From positions 25,508-89,507 of IMG/VR virus record IMGVR_UViG_3300037067_007554: 64,000 nucleotides of DNA; one strand, given 5' to 3'. The first letter of the stretch is position 1; every line of letters begins with the position of its first letter. The notes beneath the pieces are model-generated. The model did no database searches and was not told the origin of the DNA. It saw only the letters and a program-made list of their open reading frames with translations. A program made the position numbers and the translations under genes. Positions 1-9,483 of this stretch are shown here, in pieces. Source of the DNA: a virus (lineage: Duplodnaviria > Caudoviricetes).

Positions 1-1099
1 TAGCGGCGGCGGCCAATAACTCGGCCATTTGGGCGACATGACCCGGATTTTGTGGGTCGAACCTCTGAATGACGTTCATTGCCTCCAGATACCGCTGACC
101 GTGTTCAGTCATCTTCGGCTGGTTGGTCAGGGGGTTGACCACGGTGCGTCCGAACTGGTCCACCTCGTAAATCTGGGGCTTCTTCTGTTCGGCCAGAGCG
201 GCGAGATACTGCTGGTCGGCGTACTCCTTCAGCTTCTGGTCGATATACTCTTTGGTGGCGTAGGTTTCCTTCAGCTTCGGTTCAAGGCCAGGCATGATGG
301 CCGCAAGGGGGTCGTGCAGAAGGGTCTCCTGCCGGCTTCGCTCCCACTTCTTGCGGGCGACGTATTGTTGGGGAAGGTCGGGGGCAACGCGGGTGATGTA
401 CGGTTGCTTGACGACCACTTCGCCGTTGGCGTCCAACTCCAGATACTTTTCCATCTCCGGGTCCCAGGCGGGACCATCGGGCCACCACTTCTCTTCAGCA
501 GGTTGGATTGCAGCGGGGGCCTGCGGGGCAACCTGTTGCTGACCCTGCTGAGCCCGAAACGCCTGCCACGCCTGGTAGTTTTGGGCAGCCTCACGCCCCA
601 ACTGAAGCATCTGCTGGGTCTGTGGGTCATTCGCAGCACGCACCTGAGCGTAGAGGGCATCCAAAATGTCGTCGTCGCTGGCTTCGCCGAATGCCGCCGG
701 GTTGATGCCACGAGAGGCCAGTGCATCGCGAAAACTGCCCCATTGCTCGCCTGCCGGTGGCGCCCCCGGAACCTGACTGGCCGGTACGAGCGGAGCACTG
801 GGAGGCTGCGGTACAGTCGGCTGGCCCGCTTGAGGCATCGGAACCGGCTGTCCAGGCTGGCTCGGGGTGGGCTGTTGCAATTCAGGTGCAGTCGGCAAAC
901 CGGGTTGCGGTGCCGGCGCTCCGCCTTGTGGTGCAGGAGACGGTTGCGGCTGGGCAGAAGGCGCCGAGGGCGGCGGAGAAGACGTGGGAAGCGGAGGTTG
1001 GCCAGTTTGCGGGGCGTTCAGTCCGGTTTGAGAACCAATAGACGAGAAACTGGGCAATCCCTGGTTCAAACCCTGATCTTGTGATAGCGGCATCGGCAT
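1..1099 (-). CDS. Pro/Gln-rich protein, putative capsid scaffolding protein (runs off the window edge)
   Basis: Hand translation of the - strand: MPMPLSQDQG..., long P/Q-rich N-terminus, then helical region ...YLEAMNVIQRFDPQNPGHVAQMAELLAAAA with no stop before base 1. The + ORF 29..1084 is its shadow. Scaffold role is inferred from composition only. Confidence 0.5.
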   Translation of the reverse strand, partial: MPMPLSQDQGLNQGLPSFSSIGSQTGLNAPQTGQPPLPTSSPPPSAPSAQPQPSPAPQGGAPAPQPGLPTAPELQQPTPSQPGQPVPMPQAGQPTVPQPPSAPLVPASQVPGAPPAGEQWGSFRDALASRGINPAAFGEASDDDILDALYAQVRAANDPQTQQMLQLGREAAQNYQAWQAFRAQQGQQQVAPQAPAAIQPAEEKWWPDGPAWDPEMEKYLELDANGEVVVKQPYITRVAPDLPQQYVARKKWERSRQETLLHDPLAAIMPGLEPKLKETYATKEYIDQKLKEYADQQYLAALAEQKKPQIYEVDQFGRTVVNPLTNQPKMTEHGQRYLEAMNVIQRFDPQNPGHVAQMAELLAAAA

Positions 1100-1177
1100 T
1101 GGATAACCTCGGTCTGGGGGTAATGAGGGTTCCTCTGCCGATATTCCACTACCTTGGCTCAATTGCCTCTTGCTCTT

Positions 1178-1230
1178 TTTGTCCCTTTTGGCAACATTTG
1201 TATAGAAATGGGCACATTTGTCCCTTTTGG
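1178..1230. repeat. Two copies of TTTGTCCCTTTTGG in the divergent intergenic region; inverted 13-bp copy at 7337-7349
   Basis: Exact copies at 1178-1191 and 1217-1230; CAAAAGGGACAAA at 7337-7349. Confidence 0.7.
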
Positions 1231-1267
1231 ACTGCCTTGCGTCGGCAAGTGAGTAAAGGAATCACGC

Positions 1268-1504
1268 ATGATTATCGACGAGAAGATAGACATCGCCGAC
1301 TTGAAGCCGCTGAAGGAGTTGGCCAGGATTCATCCCAGCCTGAGCGGCAAGCGGCTAAGGCGATGGCACTTGATGGGCATCATGCAACGAGGCGATACCG
1401 ACATGCGGCAACGGATCTATATGGACGGTTGGTGGGTAGGAGGCCAACTGTACTCGACCCGAAAGGCGGTACTGGAGTTCTGGAAAAGAATTGGAGGAAA
1501 GTGA
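1268..1504 (+). CDS. DUF1580-like / excisionase-like winged-HTH protein
   Basis: Pattern L.PL.ELA..HP...LRRW...G...GG..YS.R.A..EF resembles Planctomycete DUF1580 proteins. Confidence 0.6.
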   Translation: MIIDEKIDIADLKPLKELARIHPSLSGKRLRRWHLMGIMQRGDTDMRQRIYMDGWWVGGQLYSTRKAVLEFWKRIGGK

Positions 1505-1809
1505 TGAACTACTCACCTGAACCATGGCGAGTCGCTCTTGATTCACCCTGCCGATACACCGAAGGTACGATTCCCATCCTTGCCGAAGACACGAATGTCG
1601 GATGGATCAACGCCAAGGAAGATCGGGGAGAAGAGAATGCCAAACGTGCTGTGACCTGCGTCAACGCATGTCGGAAAATCAGCACCGAGTACCTTGAAAG
1701 GATTGTCAGTGACGGCCATGTCCTGACTCCATTTCTTCAGGAGGCATTCAAAGCCGGAGACCAACCATACGAACTCCCAGCGAGAGAAGAGGAAAGCGAT
1801 GAGCCATAG
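1504..1809 (+). CDS. Phage hypothetical, SPEPW...ACVNAC family, paralog 1
   Basis: MNYSPEPW...NAKRAVTCVNACRKISTEYL; TGATG coupling to the upstream gene. Confidence 0.75.
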   Translation: MNYSPEPWRVALDSPCRYTEGTIPILAEDTNVGWINAKEDRGEENAKRAVTCVNACRKISTEYLERIVSDGHVLTPFLQEAFKAGDQPYELPAREEESDEP

Positions 1810-2173
1810 CCCAGAACCGTGGCAAGGAATCGCCCTTGCTCCCGATTGCTACGAAATCCGGGACGGTACCGGAACGGCCATCGTGACGATGAAGGAACTC
1901 ACTGCCACCGTATCCGGCCAGCCATCACAATCTCTCGGGCCTTCGCCAGTAATGTCCTTTGCGGATGCAACTAGGATTCTGGCCTGCGTGAACGCCTGCC
2001 GTTGTCTTCCAACCGCCTATCTCCAAAACCGATTGGCAGAGGGGAAATACTTAATCGGCGAGTGGCGGATAGACGCCGCAACGTGTCTAACAAAACTTCC
2101 TCCGCTCACGGATCATCAACTGCAAATCGCAAAGGCTGTCAGGGCCACATTCAAGGAGAGATTTGGAACATGA
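1799..2173 (+). CDS. SPEPW...ACVNAC family, paralog 2
   Basis: MSHSPEPW...DATRILACVNACRCLPTAYL. Confidence 0.8.
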   Translation: MSHSPEPWQGIALAPDCYEIRDGTGTAIVTMKELTATVSGQPSQSLGPSPVMSFADATRILACVNACRCLPTAYLQNRLAEGKYLIGEWRIDAATCLTKLPPLTDHQLQIAKAVRATFKERFGT

Positions 2174-2433
2174 GCCACTCACCAGAGCCATGGTACTGGA
2201 AGAACGACACTCTTGATCGCCCATACTGCTTCCTCATGTGTTTGAATGACAATGTTCTCTCAACTGCTCAAGATGAGGAATGGTCTCCATCAGAAGAAGA
2301 TGCCAAGCGAATCACGGCGTGCGTGAATGCCCTGAAGGGTGTACCAACGGAGGAACTTGAGGAGATTATCACTGCCGGCCGTGCGTTCATCATCGCCGAG
2401 TTCATCAAAACGAATCGCGAGGTCCTACGATGA
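2170..2433 (+). CDS. SPEPW...ACVNAC family, paralog 3
   Basis: MSHSPEPW...DAKRITACVNALKGVPTEEL; ATGA overlap. Confidence 0.8.
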   Translation: MSHSPEPWYWKNDTLDRPYCFLMCLNDNVLSTAQDEEWSPSEEDAKRITACVNALKGVPTEELEEIITAGRAFIIAEFIKTNREVLR

Positions 2434-2792
2434 GCCATAGCCCAGAACCGTGGACGTATAAACCCTACTACCCCGTTCCCTACGACAGCGACTATATCAT
2501 TCAGTCTGGGTTAAACGAAGTAGCGGTCTGTCATAAGAACGCCCAGCGAGACCAAAATGGTTTGCCGTTTGGCGACGCTGCCCGCATCGTGGCCTGCGTC
2601 AACGCCTTCCGCGGCTTTCCCACCGAGGCCATCGGGCCATTTATGGAGAAGATACAAGAAGCGATGCGGCTGTCTGACCGACTTTTCACAACCACGACAT
2701 CCGGTGGTGCTCGCGACGATGTGGCCGATTTGATGGCCGCAGCCTTTTGGATTCTTCGCGACCACGGCATGGAGTGGAAGGAAGCCACATGA
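2430..2792 (+). CDS. SPEPW...ACVNAC family, paralog 4
   Basis: MSHSPEPW...DAARIVACVNAFRGFPTEAI; ATGA overlap. Confidence 0.8.
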   Translation: MSHSPEPWTYKPYYPVPYDSDYIIQSGLNEVAVCHKNAQRDQNGLPFGDAARIVACVNAFRGFPTEAIGPFMEKIQEAMRLSDRLFTTTTSGGARDDVADLMAAAFWILRDHGMEWKEAT

Positions 2793-3031
2793 GCGTTCCC
2801 AAGCATGGCCGGCACTGCGTTGAAAGACCCAGTTACGACGGTCGTAAACTCCCGCGAGGAAACGACTGCATGGATTGCTGGCGTATGTATTTTTACGCCC
2901 ACAAGGACGAACCTATCACGGGTGCCGTCATGTTCCAGTTCATGTCGGCACTTCAGTTCTTGCGTTTTGATGCAAGCAGGGACGCACTGTCCGAGTTGGC
3001 CGACATTATAAGGTATCCCTATGAAGAATAG
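2789..3031 (+). CDS. Hypothetical protein
   Basis: ATGA-coupled ORF MSVPKHGRHC... Confidence 0.65.
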   Translation: MSVPKHGRHCVERPSYDGRKLPRGNDCMDCWRMYFYAHKDEPITGAVMFQFMSALQFLRFDASRDALSELADIIRYPYEE

Positions 3032-3269
3032 CCCAACCCCCTGGTCAGTTGAGGAAACCACAATCGACCGACGGGTCGTCGATGCAAACGGGACGCCCAT
3101 CTTCGGCCTGATTGAGCGTGACGGTCGCCAGTTCATGGTGATTCCGTTGCAGGAGAACGCCGAGAGAATCGTGGCGTGTGTGAATGCGTGTGCAGGTATT
3201 CCGACTGAAGACCTTCAACAACTCACACACGGAGAACTACATTGGGACAAGGAACTCAATCATGGATGA
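3021..3269 (+). CDS. SPEPW...ACVNAC family, paralog 5
   Basis: MKNSPTPW...NAERIVACVNACAGIPTEDL. Confidence 0.8.
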   Translation: MKNSPTPWSVEETTIDRRVVDANGTPIFGLIERDGRQFMVIPLQENAERIVACVNACAGIPTEDLQQLTHGELHWDKELNHG

Positions 3270-3525
3270 CCTCCGAACCTTCCCGCTATCCGCATTCCAA
3301 GGCACCTGTCCAATCTGCAAGGAAGTCCTCGCCGGCCTGCCTGATGCCAAGCATCTCTACGCCGGCCGAGTCTGGCGCCCCGAAGAGAAGGACCCAGAGA
3401 AACGATCCGAGGCAAAGTACGTGTGCAAGAACAGAAAACCCCGAGAAGCCCCATGCGAGCCGACCCCCACATCAAGCGAAAACCAAGAGCCGAACCCGCC
3501 CCCGTCGATCCACTCACCCTCCTAA
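3262..3525 (+). CDS. Hypothetical protein (CxxC)
   Basis: Overlapping ORF MDDLRTFP..TCPICKE. Confidence 0.55.
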   Translation: MDDLRTFPLSAFQGTCPICKEVLAGLPDAKHLYAGRVWRPEEKDPEKRSEAKYVCKNRKPREAPCEPTPTSSENQEPNPPPSIHSPS

Positions 3526-4148
3526 GCGCCGAGGCCCGTCTCGCGATTCTCGGCAAACGACTGGTGGCCAAAGACCCCGTGTTGCGGGTGCTGATGGAGA
3601 AGGTGCTGTACAACTGTAGTGGAACCCACGCACAGGACCCGTATGGATCACCCATGAAGTGGCAGTCCTGGAAAGAGCCGCTATCCAGACTGTCTGAATA
3701 CAGAATCAGAAATGATGTCGGGGCTATCCTTGAAATCATGTCACAGGACTTCGTTGGAAGTCGCGGAAGTAGGGGATTGAACCTTGGCCATTCACTCCTG
3801 AGTCAAGCAATCAAATACGGCAAGAAACTATGCTACGGTTCAACCAAGATGTCGCTCCGTCGGTGCCTCAAGGCGATACCCATTCCACCACTGGACAACC
3901 CGGTGGCCTTCCTCCCTGAGCAAACTGCTGAAGCATTCGGCAAGGAGAGCAATTACGGACTACGGGTCGTAGGCACCCCACTTCTAGCCCTTCATGGTTT
4001 CTGTGTGGCCTCGCGAAAGCTCTGGTTTCACTGCATGACCAAGCGACTGCTGTACTTGAGAAAAGACGGGGAACAGTATCGGATATACTGTTTAGGCACT
4101 TGGACGTTTGGCGACCCGAAGGACTTGGTGTACCTGTACGAGGCGTAG
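3453..4148 (+). CDS. Hypothetical protein (start uncertain)
   Basis: Long ORF within the co-oriented run. Confidence 0.65.
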   Translation: MRADPHIKRKPRAEPAPVDPLTLLSAEARLAILGKRLVAKDPVLRVLMEKVLYNCSGTHAQDPYGSPMKWQSWKEPLSRLSEYRIRNDVGAILEIMSQDFVGSRGSRGLNLGHSLLSQAIKYGKKLCYGSTKMSLRRCLKAIPIPPLDNPVAFLPEQTAEAFGKESNYGLRVVGTPLLALHGFCVASRKLWFHCMTKRLLYLRKDGEQYRIYCLGTWTFGDPKDLVYLYEA

Positions 4149-4157
4149 GAAATTAAG

Positions 4158-4358
4158 ATGGAATCCATGACCAGAACTGAGATCGAAGCCGAGCTGTTCC
4201 GGCTGCAAGGGCATGTACATGGAGGGCGACTGACGTTGCGTCCCGATGGAACGCGAGACCCAAACGACCATGCCTGCTATGGCTGTTCTCGGTATATTCA
4301 ACTGAGCAACATGCTCAGTGACCTTGTGGCTGCCGAGCAAAAGAAGGAAACCCCATGA
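4158..4358 (+). CDS. Hypothetical protein (IEAELFRLQGHV motif)
   Basis: ORF; N-terminus is homologous to the broken ORF at 39802-40004. Confidence 0.65.
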   Translation: MESMTRTEIEAELFRLQGHVHGGRLTLRPDGTRDPNDHACYGCSRYIQLSNMLSDLVAAEQKKETP

Positions 4359-4621
4359 CAAAACACCGATTCAACATCGCTTGGGCACTTGCTCCAGGAG
4401 ATTACTGGCTCCTCAAGGGAGGTCAAGGCAATGGTAGGATTGCTCCAAAAAATGGCGGAAAGCGATTTAGTCTTCTGGTTCGGACCGACACTTGAGCCTA
4501 CTCTCGTGAGGAATACTCCGCTACGGCATCCTGGAGCGACCGTAAGGGCGAAGTGAGTCTGACCATCGCCGAGTATCAGAAGACCAAGCGAAAGAAAAAG
4601 AAAAGGAGAAGGGCCCCGTGA
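4355..4621 (+). pseudogene. 88-codon ORF interrupted by one in-frame TGA (4493-4495)
   Basis: Overlaps both neighbours by ATGA/GTGA and stays in frame across the stop. Confidence 0.55.
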
Positions 4622-4872
4622 CTCCCGACCTCTCCCTCGTCTCCACGGACGACCTGATACGAGAAATTGCCAAGCGGTCGGACTGCGGAGTCGCCATCTA
4701 CCTTCAGGAACTGACGAAGAAGGGGAACGACCTCCAGGTGGACCGCCCGTCGCTTCATCGGTGGGGAAGCACGTTCACTCAACTTGGTTTGCTCGACTAC
4801 TGGAAGAGTCACCTACTTGGAGAAGTCTTCCAGTCATTTACCATGGACGCACCGGAGAAAGAAGAACCATGA
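4618..4872 (+). CDS. Hypothetical protein
   Basis: GTGA-coupled ORF MTPDLSLVSTDDLIREI. Confidence 0.7.
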   Translation: MTPDLSLVSTDDLIREIAKRSDCGVAIYLQELTKKGNDLQVDRPSLHRWGSTFTQLGLLDYWKSHLLGEVFQSFTMDAPEKEEP

Positions 4873-5465
4873 CCCTTGCCATTATCTGGACTTGGACGTG
4901 CGACGAGTGCGGAAAGACGCACGCGAAAGAGCAGGGCAAGTTGCTCCCTGGCAACACGGTTATACACTACGATATCCCGTCCGGCTGGCACTTCATTCGA
5001 GGCAGGATGGTTTGCGATGAGCACAAAATCACGATCGAACCACGGGGGGCACCAGAGGCACCTGGGCCAACGTCCCATTCTGCCAGCACGTTAGGACCGG
5101 GAGAGGAGAATAGCAAGTCCACAACAACTACCGAGATGGTCCAATTCCGAGACGATAATTGGGAAGAAGTCTTTGACTTTCTTCCTCCCTATGTTAGTTA
5201 CAGCCTCACTCCTGATGGAGTTCTAACGATTAGAACTCCGACTACGGAATATGTTGTGCACAAGCACGACTGGATTGTTCGTGATGCAAGGGGATTTTTA
5301 GAGGTACGCACCTCGACGCTTCCGAATGTTGGGCATGAACGATTTATAAAGGAGGCACCTGTCCCGCCGTCCCTTGACGAGGAACTCGATGCACGTTTTC
5401 CTGGTTGCTTTAAGCCGAGAACCAAGAAGGACGACAAGGTACCACCTATCTGGCCAGAAGAATAG
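4869..5465 (+). CDS. Hypothetical protein: N-terminal CxxC region plus VQF.DN.EEV..LTIRT..HDWIV phage domain
   Basis: ATGA-coupled ORF; motif recognition. Confidence 0.65.
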   Translation: MTLAIIWTWTCDECGKTHAKEQGKLLPGNTVIHYDIPSGWHFIRGRMVCDEHKITIEPRGAPEAPGPTSHSASTLGPGEENSKSTTTTEMVQFRDDNWEEVFDFLPPYVSYSLTPDGVLTIRTPTTEYVVHKHDWIVRDARGFLEVRTSTLPNVGHERFIKEAPVPPSLDEELDARFPGCFKPRTKKDDKVPPIWPEE

Positions 5466-5477
5466 GACCGTCCGTCC

Positions 5478-7288
5478 ATGATGACCCCGCCGCCCCAACC
5501 TCCGAAGAAAATCCTGACCAAGGGCCTCCTTCCCACAGTTGACTACTTGCAATACCTCGACGAGCTGGATGCCATCAAAGCGGAAAGACAGGCAGAAGCA
5601 CTCACTACCATACGTGACGGACGGAAACTCACTTACAGTCACGGTCCTACAACTTCAAAGTGGAGAATACGGGACTAAACCATGCTCCAGACCTTCAACG
5701 ACCTGACCATCGACCCCGACAACATCGAAGCTATCTCTTCTCCAGTGGAGAGCAGGTACGCCACGATCTACCTGAAGCGGGGCAGGGAAATCCACGTCTC
5801 CAAGGAAACGTGCGAGGTGCTGAAGAAGCATCTCGCCGATTTCCGCCGAAACCATGACCCCTGATCCTCCCATCCGCTGTCAGGCGTGCGCCAAGTACAC
5901 GGGCACGTTCTCCAAGGACGGCCAGTGTCCCAACCAGGCCACGGAGACGGTCTGTGTCGGCTCCCGCAAGACGCTGCTGTGCAAGGAGCACGCCGACTTC
6001 GCCAGGTTAGGCGTGTGGGCGATGGTGACGACAAAAGAGGTGCCGTGGGTGGAACCAAGCCAGGAGAATGACGATGCCAAGATGTGAAGAGTGCAAGTTC
6101 TGGGAAAGGAAAGGCGAGTCCACCGGATTGTGCCGTATCGGCCGGCCGACATTTCATGCACTGGTCATCCCCTTTGAGACTTATCGAGCCGAAGCAGCCA
6201 CAACTGGTATATGGCCGACTACGCTGGATTCGGATTCGTGTGGTAAAGGCAAGCCGAAGGAACTCCAATGACCAAACGCCATCGACCCGCCGAGCCCCTC
6301 TTCGCTCAGGCTGTCCCTGCCATCGCCACCAGCATCCTCGTCTTCACTCCCGGCCGCCTCACCGTTGGCGAGTTGAAGCGGCAACTCGACCTGCTGGACG
6401 TGGGCGATGACGTGGTAGTCAAGACGATCAACGGCGACAATTGGCGGCTGCTCGAACACATGAGCTTCTGTAGGAGCAAAGGCGAGGTGGTGCTGTGGTA
6501 AAGCAGAACCTCAACCCCGATCCCAATGAACGGCCGCCCCGAGTCCTCCTCCAGGACATCCTCGAAACGACCTACATCTTGTGTCGTAACTGCGGGATGC
6601 CCGTGCATGTCCCGGTAGTCCCCATTGAGGTAACCCCAGAAAAACTGTGGCCCTGTCCGTACTGTGGAACCAGCCCGTTCTTACCGAAAGGAAACCCATG
6701 ACTGACGAACCAGATATGGACCTCTCCCTCCGTTTCTACTCCTTCAAGACAACCATCAGCGAGAACGCCAACACCGGCTATGCGAACGACGCCGATGCCC
6801 TCGGCACGATGATAGCGGCCATGCTTGTATCGCTCCACACGGCTCGAAATGATACGTCTTCCGGTGACGTTTCTCCCTTCCGCATCCTGGCCGAGGGCAT
6901 TACGACGTTGAAACCCTATGCCTACGCTCACGAGGAATCGGCGTTCGTCCTTGCCGCCGAAGACTTCTGCGACGAGGACGACCGAGAAACCGAGAGGAGA
7001 GAGGAGGCCGAAGAGGAAGCTGCAAAAACGGTTGTCCAGGCTGGTGCGGACCAGATCGACCAGACGGATGACAAGGCCAGGAATACAGTGAGGTGAACCA
7101 TGGGTGACGAAACCGACTGTCACGATGCCTGCAAACAGAGCAAGCGGGCAATGATGCCGGATGAGATGATCGAATTCCTCTTGGCACCTGCTTTTAGCCC
7201 AGAAGTCTTTCAGGCCATAAACGCCATTATCGACGCCTACGACAATGTCTACGTCGATGCAGAAACCAAGACGGAGGACAAGACGTAA
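5478..7288 (+). CDS. Run of eight small coupled hypothetical ORFs: 5478-5678, 5682-5864, 5854-6087, 6068-6271, 6268-6501, 6495-6701, 6698-7096, 7100-7288
   Basis: Head-to-tail tiling with overlapping start/stop codons; several CxxC motifs. Confidence 0.65.
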
Positions 7289-7459
7289 GCAACGTGGGAA
7301 TGCGGTTGCAGTACGGTCGGGAACCGCAGCCCTGGACAAAAGGGACAAAACAGGTCATTTGTGCCCAAATTGTCCGAGTGGTCAAGAAAAGCGTTGAATT
7401 CCCATTGTGAATAGTGAAAATCAGGTTCGTTGTCCGGGCAGACAAACAAATCAACCTAC

Positions 7460-7511
7460 GTGAGGGCCGCTGAATTCTTCTGCCCGGAGAACAAGCGGCC
7501 CTCACTTTTTT
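7460..7511 (+). terminator. 11-bp GC stem (GTGAGGGCCGC/GCGGCCCTCAC) plus T6 upstream of the helicase; terminator or attenuator
   Basis: Perfect inverted repeat followed by TTTTTT. Confidence 0.6.
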
Positions 7512-7579
7512 GTCAGGTCCCAAAGCACAAGGTAAAACGACGGCACGTCGAGACGGCTCGCCGCTGATCCGGAGGACCA

Positions 7580-8632
7580 ATGGCAAGAAATCACCGAGCG
7601 GCAATCCGCGAGGATGGATACCCAACGACATCGCATCCCCCCGGACAGCCTCAATCTGTCCCGCTCTACAGCCTATCCGTCCGGTCCTACCAGGACATCA
7701 AGGTCAACCCCATCACCTGGCTCTGGAAAAACCGCCTTGCCTTTGGCAAGTTTTCTCTCTTCGCGGGTGTTCCGGGTGCTGGTAAGACCTACGCCATGTG
7801 CGATCTTGTAGCCCGCTGTTCCCAAGGTGGCATGTTTCCAGACGGAACCCCTGTACCCCATTGCGAGTCACTCATTCTCTCGGCCGAAGATGGAGCTGAA
7901 GACACCCTGAAGCCCCGCCTCCTTGCCCATAACGCCGACATGAACATGGTGCACCACCTAGACGGAGTACGAACCCAGGACCGGGACCTGTTCTTCGCCG
8001 TCTCAAGATACACAGACCTGCTGGACAAGTGGCTGGATGGTCACCCCCACGTTCGTCTCATCGCCATCGACCCTATTACAGCCTTCATGGGAGACGACGT
8101 TGACGACTACAAAAACGCCGAAGTTCGAGCGGCCCTCGGTCCCTTGGCTGCAATGGCAGACCAGCGAAAAATTACCATCCTTGGAATCACTCACCTGAGC
8201 AAGAGCCAAACCAAGAGCATCAACCGGGTTATTGGCTCCATCGCCTACGTTGCTGCCGCTAGGGCGGTCTGGCTCATCGACCACGATCCCAACGAACATG
8301 GTCGCAGGCTGTTTCTCCAAATCAAGAACAATCTCGGACACGCCGATGGACTCGCTTTTTCTATCAATCCTCCCGCCCCCATCGCATGGGAGTCAGATCC
8401 CGTGACCATGACGGCCGACGACCTCAGCGACACGACGCATACGACATCACAGGAAGCGGCTGTCGAATGGTTGCGGGACTCGTTATCCGATGGTCCAGTT
8501 TCTGCCCGTCAGATTCTGTCCCAGTGTGAACGGGAAGGTATCTCAAAAAGGACCTTGGGCCGTGCGAAAAAGGCTCTCAAGGTCATCTCCAAGCACAAGG
8601 AGTCATCCTGGTTTTGGATGATTCCAGAGTAG
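7580..8632 (+). CDS. AAA_25 / RepA-like (RecA-fold) helicase
   Basis: Walker A GVPGAGKT, SAEDG, Walker B LIAIDP, ITHLSK, GSIAYVAAAR, IKNN. Confidence 0.88.
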   Translation: MARNHRAAIREDGYPTTSHPPGQPQSVPLYSLSVRSYQDIKVNPITWLWKNRLAFGKFSLFAGVPGAGKTYAMCDLVARCSQGGMFPDGTPVPHCESLILSAEDGAEDTLKPRLLAHNADMNMVHHLDGVRTQDRDLFFAVSRYTDLLDKWLDGHPHVRLIAIDPITAFMGDDVDDYKNAEVRAALGPLAAMADQRKITILGITHLSKSQTKSINRVIGSIAYVAAARAVWLIDHDPNEHGRRLFLQIKNNLGHADGLAFSINPPAPIAWESDPVTMTADDLSDTTHTTSQEAAVEWLRDSLSDGPVSARQILSQCEREGISKRTLGRAKKALKVISKHKESSWFWMIPE

Positions 8633-8656
8633 GCTGTGCTCCCACCCAAAAGCTGG

Positions 8657-8807
8657 AAGGATGCCAACTTTACTACCGTGGCATCCTTGGCATCCTTGGC
8701 AACGTTGCCACAACTCCAACAATAACACTAACTTACGGTGAGAGAGCAGTAGTAAAAAAAGTCAAGGATGCCAAGATGGCCAAGGTATAGAAATTGGCAT
8801 CCTTGGC
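8657..8807. repeat. Iteron-like GGCATCCTT(GGC) direct and inverted repeats after the helicase
   Basis: Direct copies at 8680, 8689, 8796; inverted AAGGATGCC at 8657 and 8764. Confidence 0.7.
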
Positions 8808-9067
8808 TCTGTTGAGTAGGCGATTTTTCACTATTCGATTGCTGGAAAGCCAAGTTTCTGACCCCAAAGGTTTTTGGGACGAAGAAAAATGGGTGAGTAT
8901 GTTGACTATTACAGCAGAGCGATGGGGGACCCTACCCCCTGGGCTCCTTCGGCTGCATGTAAGTCATTGGTAGCAAACATGTTGCATTCGCACCTTTGTA
9001 TGACACCCATCCTGACTAGCCCTACCTAGCCGCTGTGAGTACGTGCATTTGGGGGTCTCCTGACTCA

Positions 9068-9149
9068 CATTGACTACACCTCACTGTAGTCAATGTCATC
9101 ACAATGACTACAGTAGTCATTGGAATGAGTCATCAGAATGACTACACAT
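9068..9149. repeat. Cluster of TGACTAC palindromes
   Basis: CATTGACTACA-6nt-TGTAGTCAATG (9068-9095) and CAATGACTAC-A-GTAGTCATTG (9102-9122), plus a further AATGACTACA. Confidence 0.75.
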
Positions 9150-9483
9150 AGACCAGGCGGGTGTCGCAATTTTGACACACACCCAGCTATCGGGTGGAAA
9201 AGCAACTAAACCTGTTTTGCGGCAACGGGTTACGGCAACGGCCTGGCTTGCAAAGTGTAGTCACTTTGATGAATCGTGGTGCTTAAACACCAGAAAATGT
9301 GACCACACCAGAATTGCATGGTGACATACGTAAATTGTTTCGCAGAAACACTTTACGCGAATTTTGTACACGCCAAAACGGGTGGAAAGGTGCGTATTGT
9401 ACAGACTTTGGTGGTTGTCTGGCCGCGAAACCTGCGACCGACTGACAAGAGGTTCCCCGATCCCTTTACAAGTGAGGTGTGAC

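Noticed and set aside
29-1084. 351-aa + strand ORF
   Set aside because: Antisense shadow of the - strand Pro/Gln-rich gene; the Arg/Leu-rich composition mirrors its codons
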